A program made the position numbers and the translations under genes. This document shows positions 49,665-62,874 of a stretch of DNA of 64,000 nucleotides, in pieces. Where the stretch lies: positions 16,405,101-16,469,100 of the forward strand of contig NC_134025.1 in the NCBI RefSeq assembly GCF_964204645.1, written 5' to 3'. The stretch is from Tubulanus polymorphus (taxonomy: Eukaryota > Animalia > Nemertea). The notes below the pieces were generated by a model that was not told the origin of the DNA, searched no databases, and saw only the letters and a list, made by a program, of their open reading frames with translations. How positions within the stretch are numbered: position 1 is the first letter of the stretch; each line of letters starts with the position of its first letter.

Positions 49665-51944
49665 TTTGCTCTGGGACAAAACTTGTTTGTGGGAAGCGTA
49701 CGAGGAGTGGATCCAAAAACAAATGGACGAGTTCGATGTTTCCGACTCTTGCAGAAATTCCTGGCTTAGGTATAGACAAGGGTGGAATTCAACGTTAATT
49801 CGTTAGACTGGGACGTGGAGCCACAAGAAGACGCCATAGGCGAGCTCATTCCCATGGAATACCTGGGAGAAAAAGACGGCATCATCGACTCGCTGCTTGG
49901 TAAATTCGGCGGTAACTAAGACGACATGGAGCGAGTCTTGATGCGCCTGCAACTCCGAAAACAAGACGATAACTGGTTCTTTCATACGGAACTGAACGGC
50001 GGTCTAGTATTGGCGCATAGCACCATCGCGAAAGCGAAAGGTGGAGCTGAGTTTTTCCATGCTCTGGCCCAGGCCGACCGGCGAGGACGGAACACGTCCC
50101 CCTTGGAACCTTCTATCGCGGATTGTTTGTTGGTGGATAACGAGTTGAGTTTGCAGCAGGAAATAGAGCACATCACCAATGACGACAGGGCTCCGCTGAG
50201 ACTCGAGAACTGACGCAAACTCCGCGGGGTAGCTACTACTTGTCTAAGTCCAGCAAAATTAAGTCAGCAGCTGTAAACGTGGAATGGGCCCAACGAGAAC
50301 TAGAAACGGCTCAGAAAGAGCGCGATGACGCAGTGTCGGAACAGGACATCCGATACTGGGACGACGAAGTAGAAAGGTTTGAAGCCAAGGAAGCAATATA
50401 CAAGCGTACTTACAAGGCTTTACGACAGGGTGAGACTTCTCAGATCAAGAGGTTGAAAAGGCTTCTGAAGAATGAAAATAATCAGCCCCTCGGTGTAAAG
50501 ATCCAGGAGTTGTTCAAACAGGAAGGGATCATGTTGGTGAGCGTTGTCATGGTAGTCGTTTTGACGATCACGAATATCGGGCTCGCAATCGCAAACGGGC
50601 TCAAAAGCGTAGTTACACCCAGTCCGCCGGTTGGACCGGGAAAGGAACCCAAGTCCAGGATTCGAGAAGCTCTGAAAAAGTTAGTGGCTTTTCTTAACTT
50701 GGTCGCAGGGAAAGGAGCTGCCGTGTTGCTGGGTGTGATCAGAACGGTGGTTAGCTTCTTGTTGAGGAAAGCTGGAGAAATAGTCGGATTTGTGGCCGAG
50801 CACTTGGTGCTGTTGTTTATCGCTGCAATCGGTCTGGCTTTCCAAGTCCTGACCAAGAAATTCTTGTGTTAGATATAGGAAGGATGTTAGTCATCCACTG
50901 TTACGGCAAGGATCCGACCGTGCGTCTGAAAACGCATCTCGACATGGGTGAGTTAAAAACTGTGACCTTAGCATGGGCTGTCATTCCTCTGGCTTGCTTC
51001 AACGTTTCCGACAAGTTGTACAACCACAGGTTTCGCTATATGACCAGATTTTACTGTCATTAGAATAGAGATGAACTTGTACAGGGGATCAGGGAATTTG
51101 TCGCCCATTGGTATTTTTTTGGATCGACAATAGAACGGTCTACACCTCGTCCAACAAGACAGGTTTGCATATTAAAATCACTGAAAACGCAGTCAAACGC
51201 AAAACCCATGATAACAGTTTGGGCCGATGAAAAGGGACCCCTAGGTGAGGGCTCTTAAGAGTTCTCGTATGGATGATAAAGATGGGCCTCTCCAGGGGCG
51301 ACTTGACAACCAATAGGACAGTGGTGTTGACCGTCAACAGGGTGGATAAGGGAGAAATCACGAAGGAAACCCAAAGGTAGAGGAGTCTTCCAAGCCGCGG
51401 TCTAGACGTTCTCTCCACCAGTCGAATTGGCCGAGGGCGAGGTCATCAATAACAAGTGGTCGAGATCGCCCGCTCCTCGAGCAAAAGCTACGATAGCTAC
51501 ACTCCTCATCGAACTGGACATTTTCCCGCGTAGTATATAGCATGGATAGCGACACTAAACTTTACCCAATGGTTACAACTGAGCCGAGTGCTCCAACCGA
51601 AGATGTGTCGAGCTTCCGACTGCAGATGTTTTGCGAAGTCCAGATAATGTTAGAGGCAGAGGGGCAGTCCCGCGCTGCAATCTACAAGAAGTATAAAATG
51701 GCGGTTAACACCATAGATGGATTTGACGCGTCTTTCGTCACGGGTATGGGAGCTGCTGGCGTGCTTACAAACATAATTACGATCCCCGTTGCAACCGTTC
51801 TAGGCATCTTAGGTGTGTCTGGGAAGATAGACGATGGGCAGCTTCTGACCAAGGCTAAAAAGCACGATGAAATTTGAGTGTTAGCCTTTTCCAAACTGAA
51901 CACCATGTCCGATCTTATATCGAGGGCTTTGAGTGATGGAGTTG
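49665..51944 (+). mobile_element. GC-richer degenerate Polinton-like relic in KCNQ1 intron
   Basis: Compositional island with co-oriented broken ORFs: coiled-coil + multi-TM protein (50240-50872), penton-like start (50884-), and FRLQ...KKY-2TM-KAKKHDEI*VLA.SKLNT protein (51542-51940). Confidence 0.6.
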
Positions 51945-53355
51945 CAGTGTTCTCGCTGGTTCGAAATTAAAGCATGGTGGCACTAGCGCCGAAGGCGCGA
52001 GCCCATTTCAGGAACGGGGGGGGGGGGTGCGGGGGCACTCTACCCGAAAAATTTTATATTGATAGGTGCTTAGATATGTTTTCCCAGCATTTGGGGGCCA
52101 TAATTAACTAGTTTGAATTCGGTAATTTTCATGAAGCAGCGATCTTCTATATTGGTAGGCTTATGTGCATTAAATAGTTCCATGTTCTCATATCTGTTAA
52201 TATAATTTAATTTTATCATTAACAGCTTAGAGGAAGCATTCATTAATTTCGATTTGCAAAATATTTTGGTGACTTTGATGTCAATGACTTTGATGAGGTA
52301 TGATGGCAACATTTTTTGTCTCGATAGAAGACTAAGAAAAATTGATGCGCTGGCCCGTGTATTCAGCGCGCGCTAAGCGCAGCGGTGTGACCTTTATTGG
52401 CACTGATTTCTTTTATATTCAACGCATGGGGAAATCCCTGGATATATAAAGGGCCCTACCACGGTAGTTCAGTATGCACTCCACTCAGTGAAACTATACA
52501 ATTATTGACGTATATAGGCTTTACTATGTAACTATGAGAATGTGTTTATACAATTATTGATGCACCAGTAATAAAATTGAGCGTGTGAACCTGACAGTCT
52601 TAGAAAGTCAGTGAATAAACTCCCGATCATTTTTTAAGCATGGCGGAATTTTTTTAAGTATGGCGTATCTTTTATTTGCGCGGTAAAGTGCCGTAGCATG
52701 GCGACCTCCTTGCTAAAACCCCCTAGATTTATCTGAGATATTTGTTCCTGCCAGCTCTATTCACTGCCTGTGCTACTTATGAAGGCACGATCGAATTGTG
52801 CTGGGAGTGTATTTGGACAAATTTAACCCACAGAATGCATCATTTGCCATTTTATGAAAACCTGATAGGCTGGCCATAGTGCCCCTTGGGGCTCTTGTTT
52901 CACTTCAAGTGTATGTTCCCGACAGCTGATACAGATTACACATCAGGATTTACATATTAATTACTGGCCAACGGGACCATGCATTTGTCTATGCAATCAG
53001 TGAAAATGCGGATTATGGAGGGCGAATTAGACTCAGAATTTTATAGGGAATAACGTTACTGTAAAACGGAAATTTTTTTATACGGAATAAGCACTTATAT
53101 GGTTTAACTGGATACGGATTAACTGATGTTGACTGTATACTTGAAATACTAATCTGCCCACTAAGAAATTTTTGGCAGACAACAAGGCATCAAACTTTTC
53201 GATATATCTAAAGGTGCTGTCACAGTCGAACTTATTAGTTTGTGCCTTGAATAAATGACTTCAGGTGCTTGGGAAAATGGGAAGCATGATATTTATGTCG
53301 GCCATGATTAATTTCAATAACTGTTGGTCTTACTCTTTTAATATTGTCATTGCAG

Positions 53356-53446
53356 CTTCATGATGGTGCTAATTTGCCTCATATTCAGTGTTTTATCAAC
53401 GATTGACCAATATTCCTCCTTCGCCAATGAAACCTTATTCTGGATG
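53356..53446 (+). CDS. KCNQ1: KCNQ1-like second coding exon (S1-S2)
   Basis: TTGCAG|C TTC ATG... = (V)[30 protein letters not shown]|GTATGT; 91 nt, phase-compatible with the preceding exon; not in the ORF track. Confidence 0.93.
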
Positions 53447-54289
53447 GTATGTAGTTCCGTAATTGTGCTTAGTGTTTGATTAATGTGCAATGAACAGCAA
53501 GCAATTTAGTTAATTACTGCTCGTTACGAACAAAACAATTTATGAACAATATACAGTAGACTCCGCTTAAAATACATTATCATTTGAAAATGGAATTATT
53601 AAATTCATGGAATCAATTGTAAAGCTGAAAAAAGAAAAACGGTCATGCTTCGATCAAGGGAATGATAGAGAAATTGTTACCCAGCAGTGCGGGATTACAT
53701 TAAGCGTGTGATTCAGCTGTTAGCACTGATCGAGGCTACAATATTGTAGCCTAGGTCGGTTCACTGCATGATCTTTGCTTGCGATTACTGGCCCAACTTC
53801 AGTCGGCTGTTTTTACAGTCTTTGAAGTACTGGCCAATTGGATGTTACCATAAACAGTATTTTGAAGATGTAGTGATGGAGAGAATTTTTTTATTTCGTC
53901 ATGAGAAGGTCCTAATGTTCACTCTTCTGCAGGGTCTCGAAAACTGCAATTATCTTTAAATTCTAAATTTCTGTTGAAAAGCGGCGTTTCCAATTCCTAA
54001 AATGTTAGAATTGTTATTTCGAATATCATCTATAAAAACGAACTACCCCGAATTTTCAGACGTGCGGCAACTTTGTTTTTCATTTCACTGTCATGGCGCA
54101 ATAATGATATTTTTTTAAATGCATTTTCTATACAACCGAAAACTAGGGATTCACACGGTTAGAATGTTAACTAAATTTCGTCCGAGCAAATCTATACTAT
54201 AAGAAACTAACGGCGATACTTCACGGGTTGGTGTGGTCTGTGCTGTATGAACGGGTTTTTGTTATCAAATCTAAGATACTGGCCGTATA

Positions 54290-54897
54290 CCGTATTTTCC
54301 GGCCAATAAGCCGAGGGCAGTTTTTTAGCCTAAAATACATGGATTTCATAAAGCTTCGCCCAATAAGCCGTAGCCCTTCATCAGAGATTTTAATTCACTG
54401 ATTTGTCAATTAGTTCGTCTTAATTGACGATTTAAGAGGCTGACAGTAGCGCCCGCCGATGTGTGAGAGTGCTGTGTATACTATCATCGCCGAGTGACTG
54501 TGCTATATATAGACTCACTCAGCTGATTACTATACACACAGCCATACACGCAGTACGCGGCTCACTGCTGATTTGCATATATACTAATGTATGAACTGAC
54601 ACGTGGTAGTACGATGAACTCGCGCGTTATATAAATGTATACCATTGCCGCTGTGCGGTGATGGAACAATCAAAGTAAAAATAAAATAGTTCAAAATAGA
54701 TTATAATTGGTAGTAAATAATGACCTCAAATAAATATCGACCACTTTTCTTGATTTTGACGATCATTGAGAGCATTAGAGTGGCATAGATCAGGAAGTGA
54801 TTTTTTATGTCAGATCGTATCCGCCCAATAAGCCGATCACGATATTTTGGGTAAAAATCTGAGGCTAGAAAATCGACTTATTGGCCGGAAAATACGG
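54290..54897. mobile_element. Tc1/mariner(pogo)-like MITE
   Basis: TIR CCGTATTTTCCGGCCAATAAG; TA on both flanks. Confidence 0.85.
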
Positions 54898-55970
54898 TAT
54901 ATGTTTTAGTATCAGATTTGTGCCGATACGTAAATTTTAGTTCTATTTTTGGATCATTACAGTTTAGGAGCTCTGTGTGACGTCACTGAGTGCGCTGATC
55001 AAAAATATTCTGCACACTGTGAGCATCACCTGTTGCTTGATTTAAAGTGCAGTGTGCTAATTGACTATACATAAACACGGGCTTGACCAAAATTTTCATC
55101 CTGCCAGGGGAATGTATAATCGCGCTGATATACCTATCTTGTGAGGTTGAAGTGTGTTTGAACTTCACCGATTTCATTTAAAATTCAGTTAAATACATTG
55201 ATTAATAAAATCTTATTGACAGACATTTACCGCTATAGTGAAGTTATTTCTCACTGCGTTTCAAAAGCACACTTGGTGAATTCATCGTTCCTGGTCCATG
55301 ATGGCGCAAAACAATGTAAATTGAGTCCAGTTGAGAGAATCTTCTCTTACTTTAGGGTGATTTAGCATTTAATAAATCAAGAAATAATTTACAATGGACT
55401 AATTTTCCGCTAGTAGCAAAACAACACACGTGTTATCTTAATCATTACGTCGTATTAAGTTTTACAAGTAGATATAGTCCTTCCACCTCAACTGCAAATT
55501 TCATTGTAACAACTAGTGGAAAGCCCGTGGAAACCACGGGTGATTTTTAAATGTAGAAATTCCTACTTATTAGTTCATTGCATACGAATTGAGTAGGAGC
55601 ATTATAAAGTGGCCTAATATGTGGTGTGATCGTCCTCATAGAGACCATATGGGATCTCGGGACCGACTTGACCTGTGCCCGAGGATACTGGGGCCCCTAA
55701 TCACAGCCTGAAAATTTCTTCCCATGGAGGCCCAAGGTAATAAAACTATAGATAGAAACAAATAGGCCTATTTAAAGTACCCATATGATCATTTCATAAT
55801 GTCTGAATTGTACATAATACTGAAGATTTGAACCCACCTGAAACAGAACTATAGAATAGCAAACAAATATGTTAAGCACAGGTATGATCATTTCATAATG
55901 TATGAAAAGCCCGTGGAAACCACGGGTGATTTTTAAACGTACCAATTCCGACTTTTTTGTGAATTGAGGA

Positions 55971-56467
55971 CAGTGCTTCAACTTGCCAAAAATAGCGGGG
56001 CGGTCCGCCTCGCCCCCGAAAATAGCCGCCAATGTGCCCTTCAGATGTGTCCCATGCTCGCCCTTGTGCCCACACTTGCCGTAGGTCCGACTGTCAGTAA
56101 GAATCCTGCAACGGCTATGAAATATCACGTATGATATCAATGATAGTAGCTAATGTGATCAGTGGTTATATATAAATGTACTGCAGCCAGTGTGCATCAT
56201 GTGAAAAACGTGCCTCAGACGCGTGGCCTAGTTTTAGTTTCCAGGAAATTGGCTGCCTTCCAAACTACTGCCAATCATTCTAGCGACTGCCGTTGTAAAG
56301 CTGGTAGTGTAAATTCGATTGATATTTTCGTTTTGAACGAATCATGATGCTCTGGATCTTTTTATCTAGACTATTAGACAAATTTTATATACACAAGGTG
56401 AAAAACTTTGTTCGGTGAACTCACAGAGAGGCTCGCAGAGGCAATTAGTTTGAGTAGCCTAATAGCA
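55971..56467 (+). mobile_element. Left half of the 17696-18777 MITE family, interrupted by Penelope
   Basis: Colinear with 17696-18257 up to TGAGTAGCCTAATAGCA. Confidence 0.8.
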
Positions 56468-56526
56468 CGAGTCGAGTAAAATCCCACAATAAATGAATTA
56501 AATGATAAAATGTTTATTAAAACATA

Positions 56527-56572
56527 TAAGAAATATTTCGGGTGGTTACTACCACCCTTCTTCAGTCTAAAA
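56527..56572 (-). ncRNA. Hammerhead ribozyme motif, inverted pLTR copy
   Basis: Reverse complement of 57936-57980. Confidence 0.65.
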
Positions 56573-57935
56573 TGACTTGCCAAATAGACACACAGTATTA
56601 ATACCTGAAATATGAAATAAGACACGAATCGCTGCACATTACGTTATGGGGACTAGAGCACTGACATTACTTGAAAGAAGTTTATTATGGGGGCTGAAAC
56701 CATTATTGAGGTTGACAGAATGATCAGAATGAGTAGTAATCAAAGCAGATTCAACTATATGTCGTTTAGTGCGACTACTGTTGGGAAAAATAATATTGGC
56801 TCCAGAAAAATCAAAATTGTGTCCGGTAACCAAAGAATGAGAGACTACCCCACTTTCTAATTTAACCCCATTGAATACATCTCGTTTATGTTCTTTAGTA
56901 CGTTCCTTAATATTCCTACCAGTTTCCCCAATGTAAAAAAGGTTACAATCAGAACAGTTAATTCTATAAACTCCACAGTGGACATTAGGGTTCAGATTGT
57001 TATTGGAGCAAAAATTAGAAATTTTGTTATTATACTTGAAAATTAAATCAGTATTTAAATCAGTATTTAAAAGGGCAGGAGAGAAAAATACTTTTTAGCT
57101 TAACTTTTTACCTTCACAAAGCCAAACAAGAGGTCCATGGGCCTTGAAGCATTGGTAGATTATACTGTGGTATTAAGTGGTTATAATGTTTTACATCATC
57201 CCAATCAACATCATCATAGAAGATTTGCTGGCAGATGTAAAACATTATAACCACTTAATACCACAGTATAATCTACCAATGCTTCAAGGCCCATGGGCCT
57301 CTTGTTTGGCTTTGTGAAGGGCGTATTAAAGCTAAAAAGTATTTTTCTCTCCTGCTCAACCCCGTAATCCTATTGACTCGTCTAAACCAAAAAACAAAAT
57401 TTTAGTTCCTTTTGTCCCTTGCCTTGACAAATTCAAACCGGCTCTTCGTCATTTAAATACTGATTTGATTTTCAAGTATAATAACAAAATTTCTAATTTT
57501 TGCTCCAATAACAATCTGAACCCTAATTTCCATTGTGGAGTTTATGGAACTGTTCTGATTGTAACCTTTTTTACATTGGGGAAACTGGTAGGAATATTAA
57601 GGAACGTATTAAAGAACATAAACGAAATGTATTCAATGGGGTTAAATCAGAAAGTGGGGTAGTCTCTCATTCTTTGGTTACCGGACACAATTTGGATTTT
57701 TCTGGAGCCAATATTATTTTTCCCAACAGTAGTCGCACTTAACGACATATAGTTGAATCTGCTTTGATTACTACTCATTCCGATCATTCTGTCAACCTCA
57801 ATAATGGTTTCAGCCCCCATAATAAACTTCTTTCAAGTTATGTCATTGCTCTAGTCCCCATAATGTAATGTGCAGCGATTCGTGTCTTATTTCATATTTC
57901 ATGTATTAATACTGTGTGTGTATTTGGCAAGTCAT

Positions 57936-57980
57936 TTTAGACTGAAGAAGGGTGGTAGTAACCACCCGAAATATTTCTTA
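57936..57980 (+). ncRNA. Minimal hammerhead ribozyme motif in Penelope pLTR
   Basis: CTGAAGA-A, stem GGGTGGT/ACCACCC, GAAA, palindromic AAATATTT. Confidence 0.65.
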
Positions 57981-58886
57981 TATGTTTTAATAAACATTTT
58001 ATCATTTAATTCATTTATTGTGGGATTTTACTCGTATCGTTTTATCACGGATATTGTGATCTGCAATCGATTCATCATGCTACCCACGGATTTTCGATTT
58101 ATTTTAAAATTCTTCATGTTGGTTTTTCCGCATCTGATACCAACTAAAATCGTAAATATGAAAAGACTGCCATCGCCGCACACATTTCTAAGGACCGGAC
58201 GAAATTTCTCAAAAACTGCTTAGACGAGAAAGTGGTCCCTCGCTCTATGTCATTGATTTACCGTTTTAAATCGGATTTACCTTTTTCTAATGAAGCCAGT
58301 TGTCAGTTAAAACTCGCTATCCAACAATCCAAAGACGACACGAATCGTTTATTCTACAAATTACATAAGATTGAACGGGATTTATCTCACCAGTTACCTG
58401 ATTTATATTTATGGAACAGACTTAGATCCAGTGTTAAAAACTTTTGCGATTTTCATGGAGGAGGAAATCTACCGAATTGGATTTTAAACTTCACAGACTA
58501 ATCACCAACAGCCCATGGACTAAATATTGCAACCAGGATAATATGGTCAACCTATCGTCTAAAAAACTTTCAGACTCTCTCCTTCAAGTACTCGGACTTG
58601 GACTAAATTTCTCGTTACCACACGACAAGAAACACATCATTGATTTTATGGAATCACTTGAACAATCACGCTCTGGGAGTTTTGAATACAACTTCGTTTT
58701 TATGAACATTTCCCAGATTTTTGACAATTTGACTCGTGTGCACCGTGAATTCTTTCCCAAACGTTTTAACATCGCACTTTCAGAACTTAAATCCTTTAAA
58801 GAACTACGAATTTCTAAAGCTGACAAAGGTGGTAAAATAGTTATCCTTGATTCGACTGATTATATAAGTAAAATGAATGATATCAT

Positions 58887-61800
58887 CAGGGTTCGTAGCG
58901 ATCCTGGAAAGTGCTTAATAGTGCTTGAATCACAAAATGCGTTTTCAAGGCCTTGAAAATGCTTGAATTTTCAAAATTTCAGTAAAAATCATTGGAAGTC
59001 CTTGAATTTTTAATGTTGTCCAAATTTTGTCAATTAGTTTGTTGTATTGACTTCAATACGCCCGCGCACTGCCAACCACGTGTCAGAGTGCTGTGACTGT
59101 ACTGTCAGCGTGCTATAGACTCGTATACACTGCTGACTTGTGTATAAATACAGTACAAATGTATTAGGCACGTGGCTCACTGCTGACAATGCGTATACAA
59201 ATCTATTAGTAGACACGTGGCGGCACTACCGCTATCGCGCGCCGCGTATATACAAATGCCGTTGTGATGAAATAAACAAACAAAATACTTCAAAATAATT
59301 CTAAATAGATTATTGGTAGTAAATAATGACCTCAAATTAAAATAAAGACCGTTCTTGATTTTGACGATCTTTGGAGCATTAACTATCAAAAAGTGATTTT
59401 TTATGTCAGGGTATCCCGAGCTGATCATGATTAAGCGTTAAGCTGTTATCATTTAGACGTTTAAGCCGGTCATCGAAATTTGTTGGATTCAAAATTAGAT
59501 AGGCCAGTATGGGAAAGTGCCATTTCTCTGACGCCTGGTTGGTGCATGAATCATACAAAAGTTGGATTCAACGCAGACCAATTTCAACAGAAGCTAGGTG
59601 CAAGATATGCGCCAAAACCATTGACATATCTTCGATGGGAGAAGCGGCTAAAGAGTCACGCGGTTTCAAGAAAACATCAAACTGGTGGGGCAGCAATATC
59701 TAAAACGACGAAGCTATCAGCTTTTTTTGAAAACAATAAAGATTGTAACAACAACAGGTAAGTTTATGAAAACTTCTCTCTTCTGTTGTGGTTAGGTCTA
59801 AACAATCGATCGGATATTTCTTATTAGCAATTACAGGCCATTGTGATCATAATATTCAATCCATTCCATTGGTTTATCACTACTTTTGAACGCAAAAAAT
59901 ATTCAAAATTTCTAGCAAGGTTTTTGTCGTTAAATCGCGCTCCTAAGGTTAACTTTGAATGAAGTGAGGCTGCTTCTTTTAGCTTTGGTGATTGAAATGA
60001 GCAAGAAATGCTTTTCAATTTTATACATTTCAGAGCTTCTTAGACAGCCTCAGAACCAGCTGCAGTCAGTGGGCATACCAGCCACAGTTTAGATAATTTT
60101 CTGAACAAAGAAAATGTACTGCGGGCTGAAATAGTTTGGGCGCTGAATGTTGTCTATAGACATTATTCCTTTCAGTCATGTGAACGTTCCCCTAGCGTTT
60201 TCAAGTACATGTTTCCGGATTCAGAAATTGCGGACAAATTTACCTTTAGCGAGAGAAAGGTGTCTTATCTGGTAAATTTCGGAATTTATCCGTATCTTAA
60301 GGACCTGATTAAGAACAAAAAAGGAGAAGGTCCCTACGTCTTGTTATTTGATGAATCGCTCAACAAAAGAACACAGTCAAAGCAGTTAGATGTTATGTTT
60401 CGTTCATGGGATGGAGGCAAAGTTAGGTCGCATTACTATGGATCAGCTTTCATTGGACATGCTACGGCAGCTGATATGTTAAATGTGTTCACGGCAGAGT
60501 TTGATTTGAATTATTCGGAACTGTATCAATTGTCCATGGACGGTCCGAGCGTAAATTGGTGTTTTTATGATAAACTCAGTAACTATTTAAAAGATGAGTA
60601 TGGTGTTGATTCTGGGTTGTTAAACATAGGATCATGTGGATTGCATATTCTCAACAATGCATTCAAGTCTGGGTCAGAAACATCGAAATGGAATATTGAA
60701 TCTCTCTTGACCAGCCTTTATATGTTATTTAAAGATGCTCCTGCAAGAAGGGAGGATTTCATGAAGCATTCAACGGTATTTCCAAAGAAATTCTGTCGTC
60801 ACAGGTAAGTCAAAGATTTTATGTCTTCCCTCATCTTCAATCCAGAGCAGAAGTTTAACTCATTCATGAACTAACCTGTCAGATAAGGCAAGAAAATTTA
60901 ATGCTGCATTATTGAAAGGCAGCTTATAACAATAGTGCCCAAGTGTTTATTTTAGTGTCAGTGCCTTCCACACCCACATTGATACCAGTATTAAAATAAG
61001 CTGCATTCTTTTAACACTAGTGTTGGTGAAATTAGTGCTGTTTCTGGAATCCATTAGATACAGTTATTCATGTGACCTTATTCAATGATTAATGTTTGAT
61101 GCCATATTTTTTGTCAATACTTTTTACAGATGGTTAGAAAACGCCCCCGCCGCCGAACGTGCCATACAGATTTGGCCTGCTGTTCAACAGTATGTAGAAT
61201 GGGTTGAGACTAAGTTGAAGAGAGCTTCACAACCAACATGTAATTCATATCAAGTTGTAAAAAATGCTGCATCACACTCCATGACCATTCCGCACCTTCA
61301 AGCATTTCTCTTCGTAGCAAAACAAATAACTCCATTCATGACAATGTATCAATCAGACAGCCCTATGTTGCCTTTTATGGCAGGAGATTTGTCCGATCTT
61401 GTTCGGAGACTTATGAAACGTATTATCAAATCCAGTGTTGTTGATGATGCAGACTCTATACTCAAGCTTCTTGAGATTGACCTGTCCAATACTGAGAGTC
61501 ATGTCCGTCATTCCAGAATTGAGGTGGGCTTAAGTGCTGAAACAAAGCTGCGTGAATTGACTGCCACAAAACAAATATCTGAACGTCAAATTCTAGAATT
61601 CCGCAGTGAGTTTCGTTACTTTGTTATTGCTCTTCTGAAAAAATTACTACTGAAAGCACCCATAAAATATGGTATTGTAAGAAATATTCAGTGCCTTGAT
61701 CCAGTGCGTTTAGCTAACAATTAGGATGTGTGTAAAAAAGAGTTTAAACGTATCCTTACAATATTAGTAACAAACAAGCGTGTGAAAGAACAGGACTGTG

Positions 61801-62874
61801 ATGACATTCTAAGCAGCTTTGATGAGTTCTTTGTCTATGTTAATAAGAATAAGTCATCATTTAGTTCATTTGATAGGAAAAAAGACTATTTGGATCAGTT
61901 TCTTTTAATGCACATGGGAATAAACACTTCCCAATTCTCAAAATTGTGGAATGTTGTGAAAAACCTACTGCTTTTATCGCATGGTCAAGCCTCTGTTGAA
62001 AGAGGGTTTTCCATAAACCGGCAGGTGGAAAGGGATAATATGGCTGAAATGACCTACAGAGCTCAAAGGCTCATTTGTGATTATGTACTTAGTTTTGATG
62101 GTGATGTCACAAAAGTTCCGATTCCCCCTGAGCTGGTAACACATGCTGGATCAGCGCATAGTCGTTACAAAGACTTTCTCAAGGAGCAAGCTCCCACTCA
62201 GTTATCAGATAAAGATTTAAAGCGCAAGAGAGGAACTGAGAAATTGAATGAGCTTACTGCGAAAAAACAATGCCTGGAAACTGATATTAATAGTCTGAAC
62301 GCCTCTGCTGATTCATTGGCTGATGAAAGTTTAAAATCTCGCAAACAAAGTGAAACTCATGAGCTCATTTTAAAATCTGTGACCATGAGAATTTCGGCTA
62401 AAGACAAATCACATGAGTTGGCCGACGTAATTTCAGCCATCGAAACTCAAATGGAGCAAATTAATCGATTGTAAATAGGTCGATGAGCTGTAATTTAATT
62501 TTGTATAATTTTGTTATTTTTGCTTTCGATAGTATGGCTTTTTGATGGCGAGGTCTACCTGTAGTTCCATTGAAAGGCCCACAGATTTCTTGTTTTAAAG
62601 TTATTAATTTCTGATACATGTAGTAAATCTTTCTTAAAATAAAGCTGAAAGATTCCAAAGTTATCAAGTGCTCTGCTACGCGTGGATGTTTCTTTATGAT
62701 GATTTGCGTTTGTACTTCTTTTAAATTTCTGCAATAAAGGAATTTTCATTGCAATAAATTCGCCTTAAATACTAGTGTTTATATGGTATCTTTCAGAAAA
62801 TAGTACTTGAATTTTGTTGAAATCGGTCCTTGAAAGTACTTGAATTAAGTTGGGCCTGGAGGCTATGAACCCTG
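58887..62874 (+). mobile_element. Full-length hAT-superfamily transposon with 5-bp TSD (hAT5-like)
   Basis: TIR CAGGGTTC(G/A)TAGC; ATCAT at 58882-58886 and 62875-62879; removal restores Penelope KMNDIISDSNTY; subterminal CTTGAA repeats. Confidence 0.92.
59509..62474 (+). pseudogene. Spliced hAT transposase (BED-like finger, DDE, dimerisation domain), inactivated
   Basis: Exons 59509-59757, 60034-60804, 61130-62474; CKIC...H...H, FDES, MDGP.VN, CGLH, HRW, SVERGFS; frameshift at about 59648 and TAG stops at 60041 and 61722. Confidence 0.88.

Noticed and set aside
53447-56470. KCNQ1 third coding exon (RLWSAGC motif)
   Set aside because: Not found by eye; probably beyond the window.
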